Of a stretch of DNA of 64,000 nt, positions 39,301 to 53,100 are shown in pieces. This DNA comes from Zootoca vivipara (Eukaryota), in the NCBI RefSeq assembly GCF_963506605.1, contig NC_083288.1, positions 32,364,001-32,428,000 of the forward strand, read 5' to 3'. Numbering within the stretch: the stretch's first letter is position 1; every line of letters starts with the position of its first letter. The notes below the pieces were generated by a model. The model was not told the DNA's origin. It saw only the letters and a program-made list of their open reading frames with translations, and searched no databases. Both the position numbers and the translations under genes were made by a program.

Positions 39301-41653
39301 CCATAGTAAGGAGTCCAACCCATGTCCACCTGAAATGCAGAAGTAAGGAGAGAATCCCCTCATACTGAAGGGCTTCCCGTGGAACCATTTGGTAGAAGGA
39401 AAGGCCTGGAGTTTTATCCTCAATGATGGGAGCTGGACCATATATGAGCTAAAAGGTATTGCAGAGAAAGAGAAAGAATAGGAATGATTTTAAGATTTAG
39501 TGAATCATTTTTCTTCAACATTATAAAATGTACACCAGCACAATAAACAAAAACTACAGACTCATGAATTACAGATTAAGGGCCTGTTGCTCCATTACTT
39601 AATACAAGATGCAGAAAATGGTTATGGTATACTGAAATACTTATGCAGTCATTGACGTTACTCTAGCCAATTAAGGATACCCCCCCCCCAAAAAAAAACC
39701 CTGAAAATTGGAAGGTGAGGACCACACCATCCCCATCATTACAATCTCCCCAGACTAAATATGTGAGGCAATGATGTTTACAACCTTCAGACTTTTGCAC
39801 ATTTTTTCCCAAAAGATTGGTGACTGAATGGGAAACAAACTGCATCACTAACCAAAAAGTATTTATTTGGTTCCCCCACCCCAAATTGTATCAATAAATT
39901 GAATACATTCAAAATCACATCCCCTGTAGAAGAGTCTTGCTGAGGTATTTAAGCTTATTCACCACATCAGTTCAAATATTTTGTCCTCTGAACCACAGAG
40001 TGAAATATGGCAGGCAATGCAATCATGGAAGGAAAACAACAACCTTAAATCCATGGTGCTCAGCACAGAGATGGATAAAGTATACCTGTGGAATTTTATA
40101 GATATCCAAGACGGTTGCAGCATGAAGAGAGGTTAGGGGGTCCAGTCCCCCAATGACTGCTATCAAATGATGATGGATGTCACATTTGTAGTTGGGGACC
40201 AATCTGTCTGGGCTGGACGTTAGCAGCATTGTAGCATGATAGGTCCCTTTTGCAATGAAATAGCTGTCAAATATGTGGAAGCCCAAGGTGGTATTGGGTA
40301 AGATCTGAGGGTTGTCATTGATCTCCTTCACTGCAAATGCCAAGGCCAGGACGTGCTGGTAATTCTTAGTCACCACGCTGAAATGAGAATTGCAGTCTGT
40401 ATCGGAAAGGTATCTCTCGTTTTAAAAAATTACAATTACTGTACCCTCATCATTTTTTGCATTATGAAATAGTACGGTATTTTTTTTGGGGGGGGGAACA
40501 TTCGTGGAAGGAATCTAGGATGGTGTACAAAATTCCTTGGCTTTTTTAATGTAATTATTTTAGTATGTACGTATTTGTGTGGGCAATTAACCTCTTCAGT
40601 CAACCAACCTAGTGCAGAATGTAACTGTACTGGAGAGAGCACATTCATTGTTTAAAGCTGTGATTCTCCCCACTATATAATAAATTTTTTAGGGGAAAGT
40701 AGTTCTTGTTAGCAAACCATTACGGGTCATAAATCAGCATTTAACAAAGGAGTTAAAGGTAAAGGTAAAGGGAACCCTGAACATTAGGTCCAGTCGCGAA
40801 CGACTCTGGGGCATAGCTGCCAAGTTATCCCTTTTTTACAGGGATTTTTCCTTATGCTGAATAGGCTTCCTCGCGAGAAAAGCGAAAACTTGGCAGCTAT
40901 GCTTTGGGGTTGCGGTGCTCATCTGCTTTACTGGCTGAGGGAGCTGGTGTTTGTCCACAGACAGCTTCCGGGTCATGTGGCCAGCATGACTAAGCCACTT
41001 CTGGTGAGCCAGAGCAGCGCCTTCTCACTTGGAGCAGTACCTAGTTACTGCCAACTTAAAAAAAAAGTCTCCAATGATAGGGAAAGGATGTCAGTATGCG
41101 ATCAAATATGTATTAACAACATTTTTAAAACTCTGGTACATATACAGAGAAGAAAACAAAATACATCACATATCACTCATATTCATTTCCATGGAAAGAT
41201 GGACTACAACAGATTTCAAAATTAATAGATATGAACCTAGGCTCTGCAAGCTTATATGTCAGTGAAAAGAAATTTATTTTTATTATGATGTATTATCCTG
41301 CTATGTAGAACCCGGAAAATCCTTAATTGCATTATTTATATTTTTTCTGTTCAGAATCAATATGCGTCAACTTTCAGTATTCAGTGAAATAAACTAAGAA
41401 AAACAGAAAGAGAAAAAGAAAGAGCAACTCCTTACACAAGCTCTTCGGGCAATGCCTGTGGGGGTTCTTTAGTGAAGTCGAATGCACTGGATATGATGAA
41501 GCTGTGAGAAGCTATGCCACCAAGGATGAGGTCTCCTGACCGGTGATACTTGTGAAGTGGAGGGTGTGGATCCTGGACATGACACTTCACAATGTGAGTC
41601 TTGCATGTCATTTCAGGAAGCAGTGCCAGCAGCAACATAACAAAAGTTGCCAT
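33364..41653 (-). CDS. V2R gene D, complete 6-exon model, 876 aa
   Basis: Exons 41653-41436, 40377-40086, 39448-38588, 38401-38174, 36623-36497, 34268-33364; GT-AG, open; close paralog of C and E. Confidence 0.93.
35013..35640 (+). mobile_element. Young L2 LINE 3' end specific to gene D
   Basis: Open 162-aa ORF ([42 protein letters not shown]), CpGs retained, (TAAA)n tail. Confidence 0.92.
37165..37369. mobile_element. hAT-type MITE related to the 90-bp family
   Basis: TIR catagctgtcaacttt / aaagttgacagctatg; imperfect 8-bp TSD; absent in C and E. Confidence 0.8.
40755..41020 (-). mobile_element. Sauria SINE 3' part with nested 90-bp MITE (40812-40901)
   Basis: aaaggtaaaggtaaaggga tail; MITE TSD ctctgggg/ctttgggg. 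Confidence 0.88.
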
Positions 41654-42301
41654 CCTGAGTGTGAAGGCAAATCTTCACTTGAGAAACATGACATTCTTTC
41701 CACCAAAAAACTCCCTTATTTCATTCTCACCAGTTGCAATGACTGATTTAAATGTTCATTCAGTTTTTAAATAGGCCAAAACCCTGGTATAAATATCACT
41801 AATGCCTGGCAGTAGTTATAAATTCAAATGAGTATATTGACTAAATACCTACTTTCTTTCTTTTTTCCTGTTCAAATTGCCAATTGCACATCATGCAATG
41901 TAACTAATTGCTGTAATGACAGAGCGAAATAATTACAATTCAAGTTTAGGATTCCTATGTGTAATTGCAGAAGGAAACTTGTTTCTTACATCTGAAGATT
42001 CCCCTTGGCATCCACCTAGTTGAGGGTCAAAGGATGCTTTGGCTTGGATGAGGAAGCCAGCAAGGTTTCAGACATAAACAACATCATAGTTTGGAGTCAA
42101 TGAACACCTAAGCATGTATTATGGTAGGAGCACTATGCTGAAGATTTAAAGGCAACTTACTAGCACATACTGCAGGTTGTGGGAGGGGGACACTTTCTAA
42201 AGAGGGGATGTGGCAGAAATGTGGTGGGAGGGTTCATTAATGAATTTGGAGGGCAGAGTGAGTCCTTTACTTTTAGAATAGCAAAGCCTAATTGGCAGCA
42301 A

Positions 42302-42607
42302 CAGGGGTGGAGCAAGAGAGGGCGGGGGCGGCAGCAAGCCCCGGGTGAGGGCCCTGGGCAACGCCCTGGAGGGGTGTCAGTCGGGGCCGCTGGCCCGCCC
42401 CTCGACTCCATCGATAGTGCACATCGGCCGAGGGAGGAAGCCGCTTACTCCCTCGGCCGATGCATGCTCTCCCTGCGCTCTCCGCGCCCCAGGGAGAGTG
42501 CATGGGGCGTCAAACGCAGCGGGTCAGCAACAGGCGTCACGCCCACGCCTCTGGGGGTGCTGCCGCGTTTGACGTCCCAGGTGTCAAAGCGGCTAGCAAT
42601 GCCCCTG
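42302..42607. mobile_element. GC-rich hAT-type MITE
   Basis: cagggg..cccctg ends, TSD ggcagcaa/gacagcaa; empty site at 31744. Confidence 0.82.
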
Positions 42608-43921
42608 GACAGCAACCCTGCTGCTGAGTCCTTTCAATCTGTAGCCTCAAATCCCTCCTTTGCCACTTGTTTCTTCTCTTGCTTCTGAATGCCAGAGCAG
42701 GAACCCCTTAGCCTTTGGGAAGAAAGAGAGGGACTGATCCAGGGTCCGCAGAAGGTTGCCTATTCCAGCAACATTTGAAGGGTTTTGCTTGTTCCTGTTA
42801 TTACCATAATTTATTTTCTGTCCTTCATTCTAAGGTCCCAGGGGTGGTTTACTACAATTGAAGTAGTATTTAAACTTAGCATTTGATAAATATGGGGGTA
42901 ATAGAAATTGTCATATCAAGTGTTGAAAGCCAGGGCATATAGGTGACATTTAAGCAATTGCTGAAGGTTGTACAATGAAGTGCCCTCTCTGTTTCAGTTG
43001 GAACAGTTCAGGGATTTGGCACTGGGCACCATGCACAAGTTAATGAGGATTCCACCAGTGCTCTGGAGCCATGAGAGTTGACAACCCAGCAAGTAACAGT
43101 GTTTGCCTTAGTGTGTACCACCAGGGGATTACACATCACTTACTCTATGAATTTGAGACCTTCTGTCTATGCTCTGGTAACTTGTAGGTTAGATTATGGC
43201 AATGTGTTATACGTGGGGCTGCCTCTAAAGATGCTTTGGAACCTACGGCTGGTGCAGAATTCAGTAGCCAGGTTGCTCACCGGTGCAAGAAAATTTGAGC
43301 ATATAAAACCAATCCTGGCACAATTGCTTAGGACCACAATGTCACAAGGACTGCCTCTCCCCAAATGAACTGACCCAGACCGTGTGCTCATCACCTAAGG
43401 CCCTTTTTCCTGTGCCTGGTCAACAAGAGGTCAAGAGGGTGGCAACATGAGAACAGGCCTTTTCTGAAGTGGAGAAAAGCCCCTGTTTGTGGAGTACTGT
43501 CCCCAGGGAGGCTCACCTGATACCGTCATTATATATTTTAGGCACCAGGCAAAATATTTCCTATATAACCAGGCCTTTGGTCTTTATAACATGCTTACTT
43601 TGTAATAGGTCATGCACATTCATTATTTGGAAAAATTCTCTAACCTCTTACTCTTACAGTATAAGTTGTACAACTCTGCAGAAGATGTGTTCATAGGTTG
43701 CAAGATGACTTGCTCTTCAGGTTTATGACATTTATACAAATAAGGAGATCCGCCTACAGAGTACAAGCGATAATATATATATATATGGAGAAAGAGTGTG
43801 TATATATGTTTAAAAGAGGTTCAAAGAAAATTGAGATAGAACGGATGTACCAAGAGTGTAATTTATAAACACCCAAACAACCAACTATCCATTGGTTGTG
43901 CAGACTAGAGCAAAACACACC

Positions 43922-44160
43922 CAGTGGCGGAGCTTCATGCTCTGGCACCAGGGGGCAGAGAGCAGGCGGGGGAGGGCTGGCGCACATCCTGGGGTAATGG
44001 TGTGCCACCCCTAGGTGTGTGACACGCATCCTGAGGGCGTGGCCCACCACCTGCAGGAATGTAGCGCCCATGGCAGGCAGGGCAGCCATGATGGCACCCC
44101 ACCGAGATTGCGCTGCCGGGGGTGGTGCGCTCCTGCCACACTCATCTTCCTCCGCCACTG
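43922..44160. mobile_element. hAT-type MITE 15 bp downstream of the gene E stop
   Basis: TIR cagtggcggag / ctccgccactg, TSD aacacacc/aaaacacc. Confidence 0.85.
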
Positions 44161-44175
44161 AAAACACCCACATAT

Positions 44176-47100
44176 TCATCCAGACTTTCGTCTTATAAGC
44201 TGTTCCTTATCGTTCAGCTCTGGCCTTAAAACAATGATGTAACATTTAGGAGAAAAGATGCAACCCAGCACCCCAGCACTGGAGGCTAAGATAGAAAAGA
44301 TCTCCACAGCTACCATGTACTTCCCCTTTGTGCTCAGGTAGGATGGAATAAAGGATAACCAAACACTGCAAAAGACCAACATGCTGAAAGTGATGAACTT
44401 GGCTTCATTGAAACTATCAGGCAACTTCCTGGCAAGGAAAGCCACAGTGAAACTGGCAATAGCCAGAAAGCCCATGTAACCCAGGACACAGTAAAACATA
44501 GTTACAGAACCCTCATTGCATTCTAGAACAATTTCTCCATAAGTTGAGTGCTTATCGACATCTGGGAAAGGGGGAGAAAATGTCAACCACATAAGACAAA
44601 TGGTTGCTTGAATAAAGGAGCAGGAAATGACAATGGAGTTGGCCAGCCTCTTCCCCACCCATTTCCTCATCCTGGATACTGGCTTGGTGGCCATGAAAGC
44701 CAGAATCACTGTGATAGTTTTTGCCAGCACACAAGAAACAGCCACTGAGAAGATGATGCCAAAAACAGTTTGTCGCAGAAGACATGTCACCTTCTGAGGC
44801 TGTCCAATGAATAGCAATGCACAAAGGAAGCAGAGCAGGAGGGAGAGGAGGAGCATGTAGGTGAGATCCCGGTTGTTGGCTTTGACAATGGGAGTGTTGT
44901 GGTGCTTCAGAAACGCCCCTAGCACCAGAGCTGTGATGACTGAAGAGGAAAGAGAAAAACAAGCTAAACTGATCCCCAATGGTTCTTCATAAGACAAGAA
45001 GCTTACTTCCTTCAGAATACATAAATCCTGTTTTTTGTTGGGATAATATTCATCTGGACATTTAAAACAGTCATTCATATCTGAAGAAGAAGCAAAGAGT
45101 TATGAGGTTGATATTGGTGTCCCAAACAATACAATCCATGCTAATCTTGCATAGATTAAAATTTATGTAGTCCTGTTATTCCAACAGACTCCAAGCAATT
45201 ATTTATCTATGGGATTTGGGCATTTCTGAATATATACAAGAAAACCTCAAATGTAGTTCTTTACCATGGACAATGTTACACCAGGTCCTGATTTTCCTCT
45301 GCCAAGGCACTTTATCATGGATGTTCAAGACATTTCATTAAAGCGTTATGCTGTTTTTTGTTTTGCTTTACTCTTTATGCCATTTAAAAATAAATAAAAC
45401 TTAATCAAAGGTGAATTAAAATGTAAACTTTCTTCTCAACTAATACATTGTGCTGTCTTCTCATGTCACACCTCTCTCTCTGTCCCTCCAGCAGCTGGTG
45501 GAGGAGAAAAGAACAAAGGGTGAAGAAGGCGTGAGGCGTGAAGGCCGCACCCTGCAAGGCCCTGGGCTAGCGGGCAGAGCTCACACTCACTCAGTCCTAC
45601 TGTGTTAAATATGAACTCCTTTGTAATGTTTTGTTTTGAAATATTTAAGATAATATTTAATTTTCTCTTATGTTGCTTTGACTGTACCGTGTTTCTCACA
45701 TTTTAAGACACCGTCTTATATTTTTTTCTCTCAAGAAAACAAGCCTATGGCTTATTTCCGGGGTGTGTGTGTGTGTGTGTCTTATTTGGGGGCTGGATCA
45801 TAACAGGGAAATGATTTTTTTATATGAATTTTACAGATGCTGTACAATTGGCTGTGTTTATTTCTCTATTTAGAAATCATGTTTCTCTCTCTCAGGACTG
45901 ATTAGCCAGATGCTGCCTGAGATCACAATTGGCTTTACCAAATAGCTGTTGAGTTCTTTCCTTTGATGCCCGGATCTCATGGCTACCATAAGGTTTCTAC
46001 CTTTCAGGAAAAAGGCAAGGTGATAATAGGAAGTTGTCTTTATCTGTCTCCTTAATCTCTTTCATATGCATAACCTTTGAAGTCTAGGAATGCAAGTTGT
46101 CTGTGTCTCTCGGCAAAACGAGAAGGGAGGGGATGTCAGTTTTTTAAAAACCGCCCACGTGTCTGCGAGAGCTCTGCACTTTCCTACCGGTTAGCTGCAG
46201 TTTTAATTTCTGTTTGCCTGCCTCGCTCTCTGTCTTGGCCATCAAGAGGAAATCAACAGGCAACTCATGGCTGGGCACCTAGAATGGAAGGGGGGAAAGG
46301 TGGGGGGNNNNNNNNNNNNNNNNNNNNNNNNNNNNNNNNNNNNNNNNNNNNNNNNNNNNNNNNNNNNNNNNNNNNNNNNNNNNNNNNNNNNNNNNNNNNN
46401 NNNNNNNNNNNNNNNNNNNNNNNNNNNNNNNNNNNNNNNNNNNNNNNNNNNNNNNNNNNNNNNNNNNNNNNNNNNNNNNNNNNNNNNNNNNNNNCGAGGC
46501 AGCGTCTTTAATCGCCCCCTCTTTTCTTCTTCGTGCCTTCCTCTCCTCCCCACCGCAAATGCCACTTTTTGTGCTTTAGCTTGGCTAAAAATATATTTTT
46601 GAATCCTTTTATTTTTAAAAAAATGCTCTCAGAAACGGGGAGGGGAAATCACGGGGCTTCGGCAGCCAGCAGCTACGGCTCTTCAGTGCATTTTTACAAG
46701 CTTTTCTGTGGAGCGACAGCAAAATGGGGGGAGATTTTTAAGGGGGGGAGTTGGCTGGCGGGAGGGGGGTTATTGCTAAAGGGTCTTTCACTATGTCTTA
46801 TTTTCAGGGTATGAATTATATCGCGCAATTGCCTAGAAATCCTGCTATGGCTTATATTATGGCTACATCTTAAAATGTGTGAAACACGGTATCCTATATA
46901 ATAATGTCCAAGATGTCCCTGCGTCCAGTTGTCCCGTGTGTCCCTGAGGTACTGCGCATGTACCCCAGAGACACAGGGATTGGACAGCAGAGACTGCCCG
47001 CGCGCACTCTCCCCCCCCTCTGCCTCCTCCAACCGCCGCTCCCGCCGGACACCGCCTCACTGCAGGGCACGTCAGGGAAGCGAGGGTGGAGGCCGGCGAA

Positions 47101-50100
47101 GGCCTCCTCACAACCCTCCCTGGCCCGTGAGGAGCGGCGGTTGGAGGAGGCAGGGGGGAGAGTGCGCGCGTCCTTCCTGTCGGCGGCTGGGGGAGAGGAA
47201 GGAAGGAGAAAGCGCTCCTCCATTCCTGTCCCCCTGCCGCCGACAGCAAGGACGGGTCCCAGGGTTCGGAGAAGCAGCGCTTTCTCCTCCTCCGTTCCTG
47301 TCCCCCTGCCGCCGACAGCAATGACAGGTCCCAGGGTTCGGAGAAGCGCTGCACAAGCGCTTCTCCGAACCCTGGGAGGTCTCCTTGCTGACGGCGGCTG
47401 CGGGAGAGGAACGGAGGAGGAGAAAGCAGCGCTTTTTCCTCCTCCGTTCCTGTCCCCCTGCCGCCGACAGCAATGACAGGTCCCAGGGTTCGGAGAAGCG
47501 CTGCGCAAGCGCTTCTCCAAACCCTGGGATGTCTCCTTGCTGTCGGCGGCTGCGGGAGAGGAACGGAGGAGGAGAAAGCAGCGCTTTCTCCTCCTCTGTT
47601 CCTGTCCCCCTGCCACCGACAGCAAGGACAGGTCCCAGGGTTCGGAGAAGCGCTGCGCAAGCGCTTCTCCGAACCCCAGGATTCTAGCGCCCGTTATTAA
47701 ACGGGCTGAAAACCACTAGTACTCTATATTTTACTTTCTTCAGATTGTTTTATTTATGTTTTATTGATTTAATATGCTATAAACCGCTTTGAGATCTTTA
47801 TGAAAAATATAAAACAGTATTGAATTTGTTTTTAAAAAATAAAAAAGAAAGAGACCTCTGGGCATAGGGCGGTATATAAATTCATTAAATAAATAAATAA
47901 ATAAAAATAGAATAAAAGGGCTGTGCGTGAAGAGGTGCCCTTTCCCCACCCTTTGGACCACCTCGGGAACTCAACAAACCTGCTGCTCCTAGAACTTGGT
48001 GTGCAGCTGAATGGGACTCAGCTGTGGACAGCCTGAGGAAGTACCACCCTGATTTTGCCTCCCCATAAGAAACAAGAGACTAGGGTGATGTCCGCTGTTT
48101 CCAGGAACTCTCTTTAATTACAAGACTTTTGTGGTTGAGCTGAGAGTTTGTTTGGACCCTGGGTGAGAACCCAAGAGGCTGGGAGCCAGAGCGTGCCAGA
48201 AGGAAAATTTGTGTATGTGTGTGCGCGTGCGCGCATGAAATGTAACATTTTTATATTCAACTGTGTATTTTATATAAACATAGGTTCTAGAAGCCAAACC
48301 CCTTGTTCTCCTATTATGAGAAAACAGGGTAGGGGAATGTGAATATGAACCAAGGAGGCCATAATCTTCCACGCCTATCCCAACTTCCCTTTGTTGAGCC
48401 GATATAGAATCAGCCACAGGGGTGTAGCAATGGGGGGGTGGGGGACCCGGGCTCCACTCTGCAGGGGGCTCTGGGGGCCACCTCCACCGACGGCAGCAGC
48501 ATCTCTGTACAGGGCTGAGGTTTCCCAGGCTGGTGGCTCACCTCTAGCACTTGGATCCTCCGCTCGCGATCCCAGCGCTAGAGCTGAGCCGCCAGCAAAC
48601 CTCAGCCTCATACGGGGATGCTGCCGCCTGGGCTCCTCAAGCGGAGCGGAGGATCCCAGTGCTAGAGCTGAGCCGTTGGCAAACCTCAGCCCCGTACGGG
48701 GATTCCGTCGCCCGGGCTTCTCTGTGAGCGGAGGAGCCCAGACAGCAGCATCCCCATATGGGGCTGAGGTTTGCCAGCGGCTCCACTGTGTAGCCACTGC
48801 AAACAGCGCATGCATCGTGCACGGCACATGCATCGTGATGCGCGATGCACGCCCCGCCCCCTGGCGGGGTCCCATCTGGTTTGCCCCTCCGGGCAGCCAG
48901 AAGGCTAGGAACGCCACTGATTAGCCACACTGGATTTGTGGTCTTGAATGAGACTTGAAGGAGGAGATTGCTCATAAACACATAAACTCATACAAGGATG
49001 AAATGTGAAACCAACCCCTCTTTTTTCCTCATCTGAGGTCATGGGATGAAGTTGAGGGAAGGAGCCATTGGCTGACCAGCCAACATTTGACACAAGGGCA
49101 AATGATTCCACCAAGAAAACCACATTGGATTTTTGCATCTTCAACAAGGCCCTCTGCATCACACAGACTTGCCCATCACAACTCCCCCAAAAATCTTTTT
49201 TTTAAAAAAGAAAAGAAAAGAACAAAACCGGTGGCATATGTATGCTTATCCTCATCCCTCTGAATTACTGGCCTCTGAATTTTCTTTGTGGAATCCCAGA
49301 TTCTTACTTTTGACAGCTTCCATTTCAGACCCATCATTTATAAGCAGTGGTGAAATGGTAACCATATTGTACACATATATTTATGCCTATTCTCATTCCT
49401 CTGAATTACTGGCCATATGCTTCCTATTTCTGTATGTGATATTGCTTACCTATCTGGTCTGAAACCTTCCCTTCTGGACAGGGAGTGCAATCGTAGCAGC
49501 AAAATGGCTCCCCCTCCTTCATTTTCTTGCTTGAACCAGGACTGCAACTCTCACTGCATAGAGAAATAGGCCTTGCCTAATCCATGAAACAAAGGAAAAT
49601 ATAGAGCTGCGAATCTTTATGGTTCCAGTAGAGGAGGCTCCTGTTACCGGAAAACTGGTACCGGAAAGCTTTTGACTGCCCACCATAAGCAAATCAGAAC
49701 AATGTGTTCTTCAGATGATTGTTGCACTTTGCAAATTGTATAGATCATGGGTAGGCAAGCTAAGGCCTGGGGTTTGGATTCCCCCCCCCATCGCCTTCTA
49801 AATCTGGCCTGCATATCTGGGTTATTTGTGGGGCAGAGGAATTCATTCATAGTCTGGGCCCCCACAAGGTTTGAGGGACAGTTTGCTGACCCCTGGCATA
49901 GATCATCCCTTCCCTAGCTTGTGTTCGTGTCTGTGAGTGAGAGGGAGAGAAAGATAGAAAGAGGTTGATTTTATTTCCCTTTTCAACCAGAAGTTGGAGG
50001 ACAGGAGAAGAATTCCGAATGGGTTTCACTGCTTGAGGAGGAAAGAATAAAAAAAGAAATGCATATAATGTCTTTTTTATTGGCCATTAGTGAGGTAGTA

Positions 50101-53100
50101 GAGATAGAGTGCTAAAGAGTGAAGTCCTGGTTTGATAGCTGCAAGCAGGAAATAGAAGTTCTCCATTTGATGAAAAGGTGGAGAACAAAAGAGGTGATTC
50201 TACCTGGTTTTCTCACTACCTTCATTATCACAGAGCTGGTTTCAGTCAATTGCTGAGGATTATTTCATAAATAAAATGAATAAAGGTTATATATACTTTG
50301 GTCCTATTGGTGGAATTCTGAATGTTGCGAATGAAAAAGATCTTAAGTGATATTGAAAGATGTGGTGCTCTCAGCTGACTCAATGAAATCAATGTGCATG
50401 ACTAACTTTGGATCTCAACAAATGATCATTAGTTGACATATTCAAACCAAAGTATGAATATATTTAGCTCATCCAACAATTTCTCAATAAATAAAATCTA
50501 GAACACTGCCCCAGTGAATAACTTCAAGAAGTGTAATTTCCCTAACCAGCTCAAGAATTATTCATAAATCACAAAATCATTGTGGTCAAGTGAAATGATC
50601 TTTACAGACTGTACAGAAATCAAGGTTCATTTCAAACTAGAAATCTCCCTACCTTGTTAAACCGCCTTTGCCATGTTATAGCATCGTCATGGATGGTGAA
50701 AACATGATGTGAAGAAGTCTGGGGATTCATCCTCCCAACTTTACTTTTATGAAAGGATTGGTTTAAGGAAACAATCCAATTAATAACATCCAACCCAACT
50801 TTCAACTCCCCATTCTCATTAAAGGAAACCTCATCTCCAACACTATTATTAAATATTACACCTCTGAGGAAATGATGGAACTAGATTTTTTTAAAAAGGA
50901 AATGAGAAGACAAAGATGTGCATCAGTCTAACAAATATATTCAGTGGCAACAGTCCACAAAAGAACAAGCAAGCAAACAAAATTCAGGGAGATAATTTAT
51001 TGAACAAACCATGGACTATTTCAGCACCCATGATATTTTGCACTACTGCAAGAGAAAATTGGCTTCATTACCTTCCATGGCTGTTGATTTTGAAATGACA
51101 ACTGCCCTTGGTCCTTTAACATTCTTGATTTGAGTCTCCATGAGAACATGTCCTGAACAGCATGCGCCATGGCATAAACAGCCATGTAGATACTGTAGCT
51201 GTGGCCAATCATGTTCATTTCGAAGAAAGGCCCAGGAAGAGTCCCTACGTTCTCATCTCCAGTGCAGATATCCCCAGCCACATCTTCTGCACCTGCACTT
51301 GGGAATGAGCAGGCAAAGGCTTGCTGCCAGAAGTCCTTGATGAAATAATCTTCCTTTGAGGTGGCAGGTTTTCTGCTGGCAGTAAATTGCTGAAATCCTG
51401 ATATATCATTGGAGTGAATTGCGAAGGACAGAGCCCCATGGATTATTTCTTTATCCCAAGTCCTTTGATAAACGAGAGAAGTCAGCTCCACTTGGGCTGT
51501 CATTATCCATACTGTACCCTTTGGTTTAATATTCACATGTTCTTGCTCAGATAAATATGGAAGCCATCTCAGAAATATCATTGTATAAGATTCTCCATAG
51601 AGGACTATCACATTGGCTTTGCTACTCATTACTTTATCATATATTTTTGCACCCTGTTGGAACAAGTCTTTAAGATCAGTGACAAGAGATAATTTGGAAA
51701 CTCTCTCTATGAAGGCAAAACAAATGCCACTAGAAGTAAACACTGGAACCACAGTTTGCACAAATCTTTCTCCATTCTCAAGATCCATAGTAAGGAGTCC
51801 AACCCATGTCCACCTGAAATGCAGAAGTAAGAAGAGAATCCCCTCATACTGAAGGGCTTCCTGTGGGACCATTTGGTAGAAGGAAAGGCCTGGAGTTTTA
51901 TCCTCCATGAAGGGAGCTGGACCATATATGAGCTAAAAGGGATTGCAGAGAAAGAGAAAGAATAGGAATGATTTTAAGATATAGTGAGTCATTCTTATTC
52001 AACATTATAAAATGTACACCAGCACAATAAACAAAAACCACAGACTCATGAATTACAGAGTAAAGGCCGTGTTGCTCCATTACTTAATACAAGATGCAGA
52101 AAATAGTTGCGGTATACTGAAATATTTATGCAGTCATTTGTGTTACTCTAGCCAATTAAGGATACCGCCCCCCCCCAAAAAAACCCTGAAAATTGGAAGG
52201 TGAGGATCACCATCATTTCAATCTCCTCAGACTAAATACGTGAGGCAATGATGTTTACAACCCTGAGACTTTTGTAGATTTCCCCCCAAAAGATTCATGA
52301 CTGAATGGGAAACAACCTGCAACATTAACCAAAAAGTATTTATTTGCCCCCCCCAAATTGTATCAATAAATTGAATAAATTCAAAATCGCATCCCCTGTA
52401 GAAGAGTCTTGTTGAGGTATTTAAGCTTAGGTATTTAAGCTTATTCACCACACCAGTTCAAATATTTTGTCCTCTGAACCACAGAGTGAAATATGGCAGG
52501 CAATGCAATCATGGAAGGAAAACAACAACCTTAAATCCATGATGCTCAGCACAGAGATGGATAAAGTATACCTGTGGAATTTTATAGATATCCAAGACGG
52601 TTGCAGCATGAAGAGAGGTTAGGGGGTCCAGTCCCCCAATGACTGCTATCAAATGATGATGGATGTCACATTTGTAGTTGGGGACTAATCTGTCTGGGCT
52701 GGACGTTAGCAGCATTGTAGCATGATAGGTCCCTTTTGCAATGAAATAGCTGTCAAATATGTGGAAGCCCAAGGTGGTATTGGGTAAGATCTGAGGGTTG
52801 TCATTGATCTCCTTCACTGCAAATGCCAAGGCCAGGATGTGCTGGTCATTCTTAGTCACCACACTGAAATGAGAATTGCAGTCTGTATCAAAAAGGTATC
52901 TCTCGTTTTATAAAATTGCAATTATTGTACCCTCATCATTGTTTGCATTATGAAATAGTACAGTATATAAAACTACATTTGTGGATGAAATCTAGGATGG
53001 GGCACAAAATTGTTTTGTGTTCTTTTTTAGTAAGTCTCTTTGCCTCTGTCGTTGGCAGCCAGCCTTGTTTGTGGGCCCCACACCTCCACAGTTAACCTGC

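Noticed and set aside
42160-42688. GC-rich ORFs here and at 48375-48981, 43754-44179, 19137-19649
   Set aside because: They fall within MITEs that have TSDs or empty paralogous sites.
46077-46602. ORFs containing X runs
   Set aside because: They span the assembly gap.
47222-47680. CRISPR-like regularly spaced palindromes
   Set aside because: No unique spacers, no cas genes, vertebrate DNA.
46863-47719. Long overlapping ORFs (up to 265 aa) on both strands
   Set aside because: Artefact of the GC-rich palindromic repeat in the Helitron; no recognisable domain.
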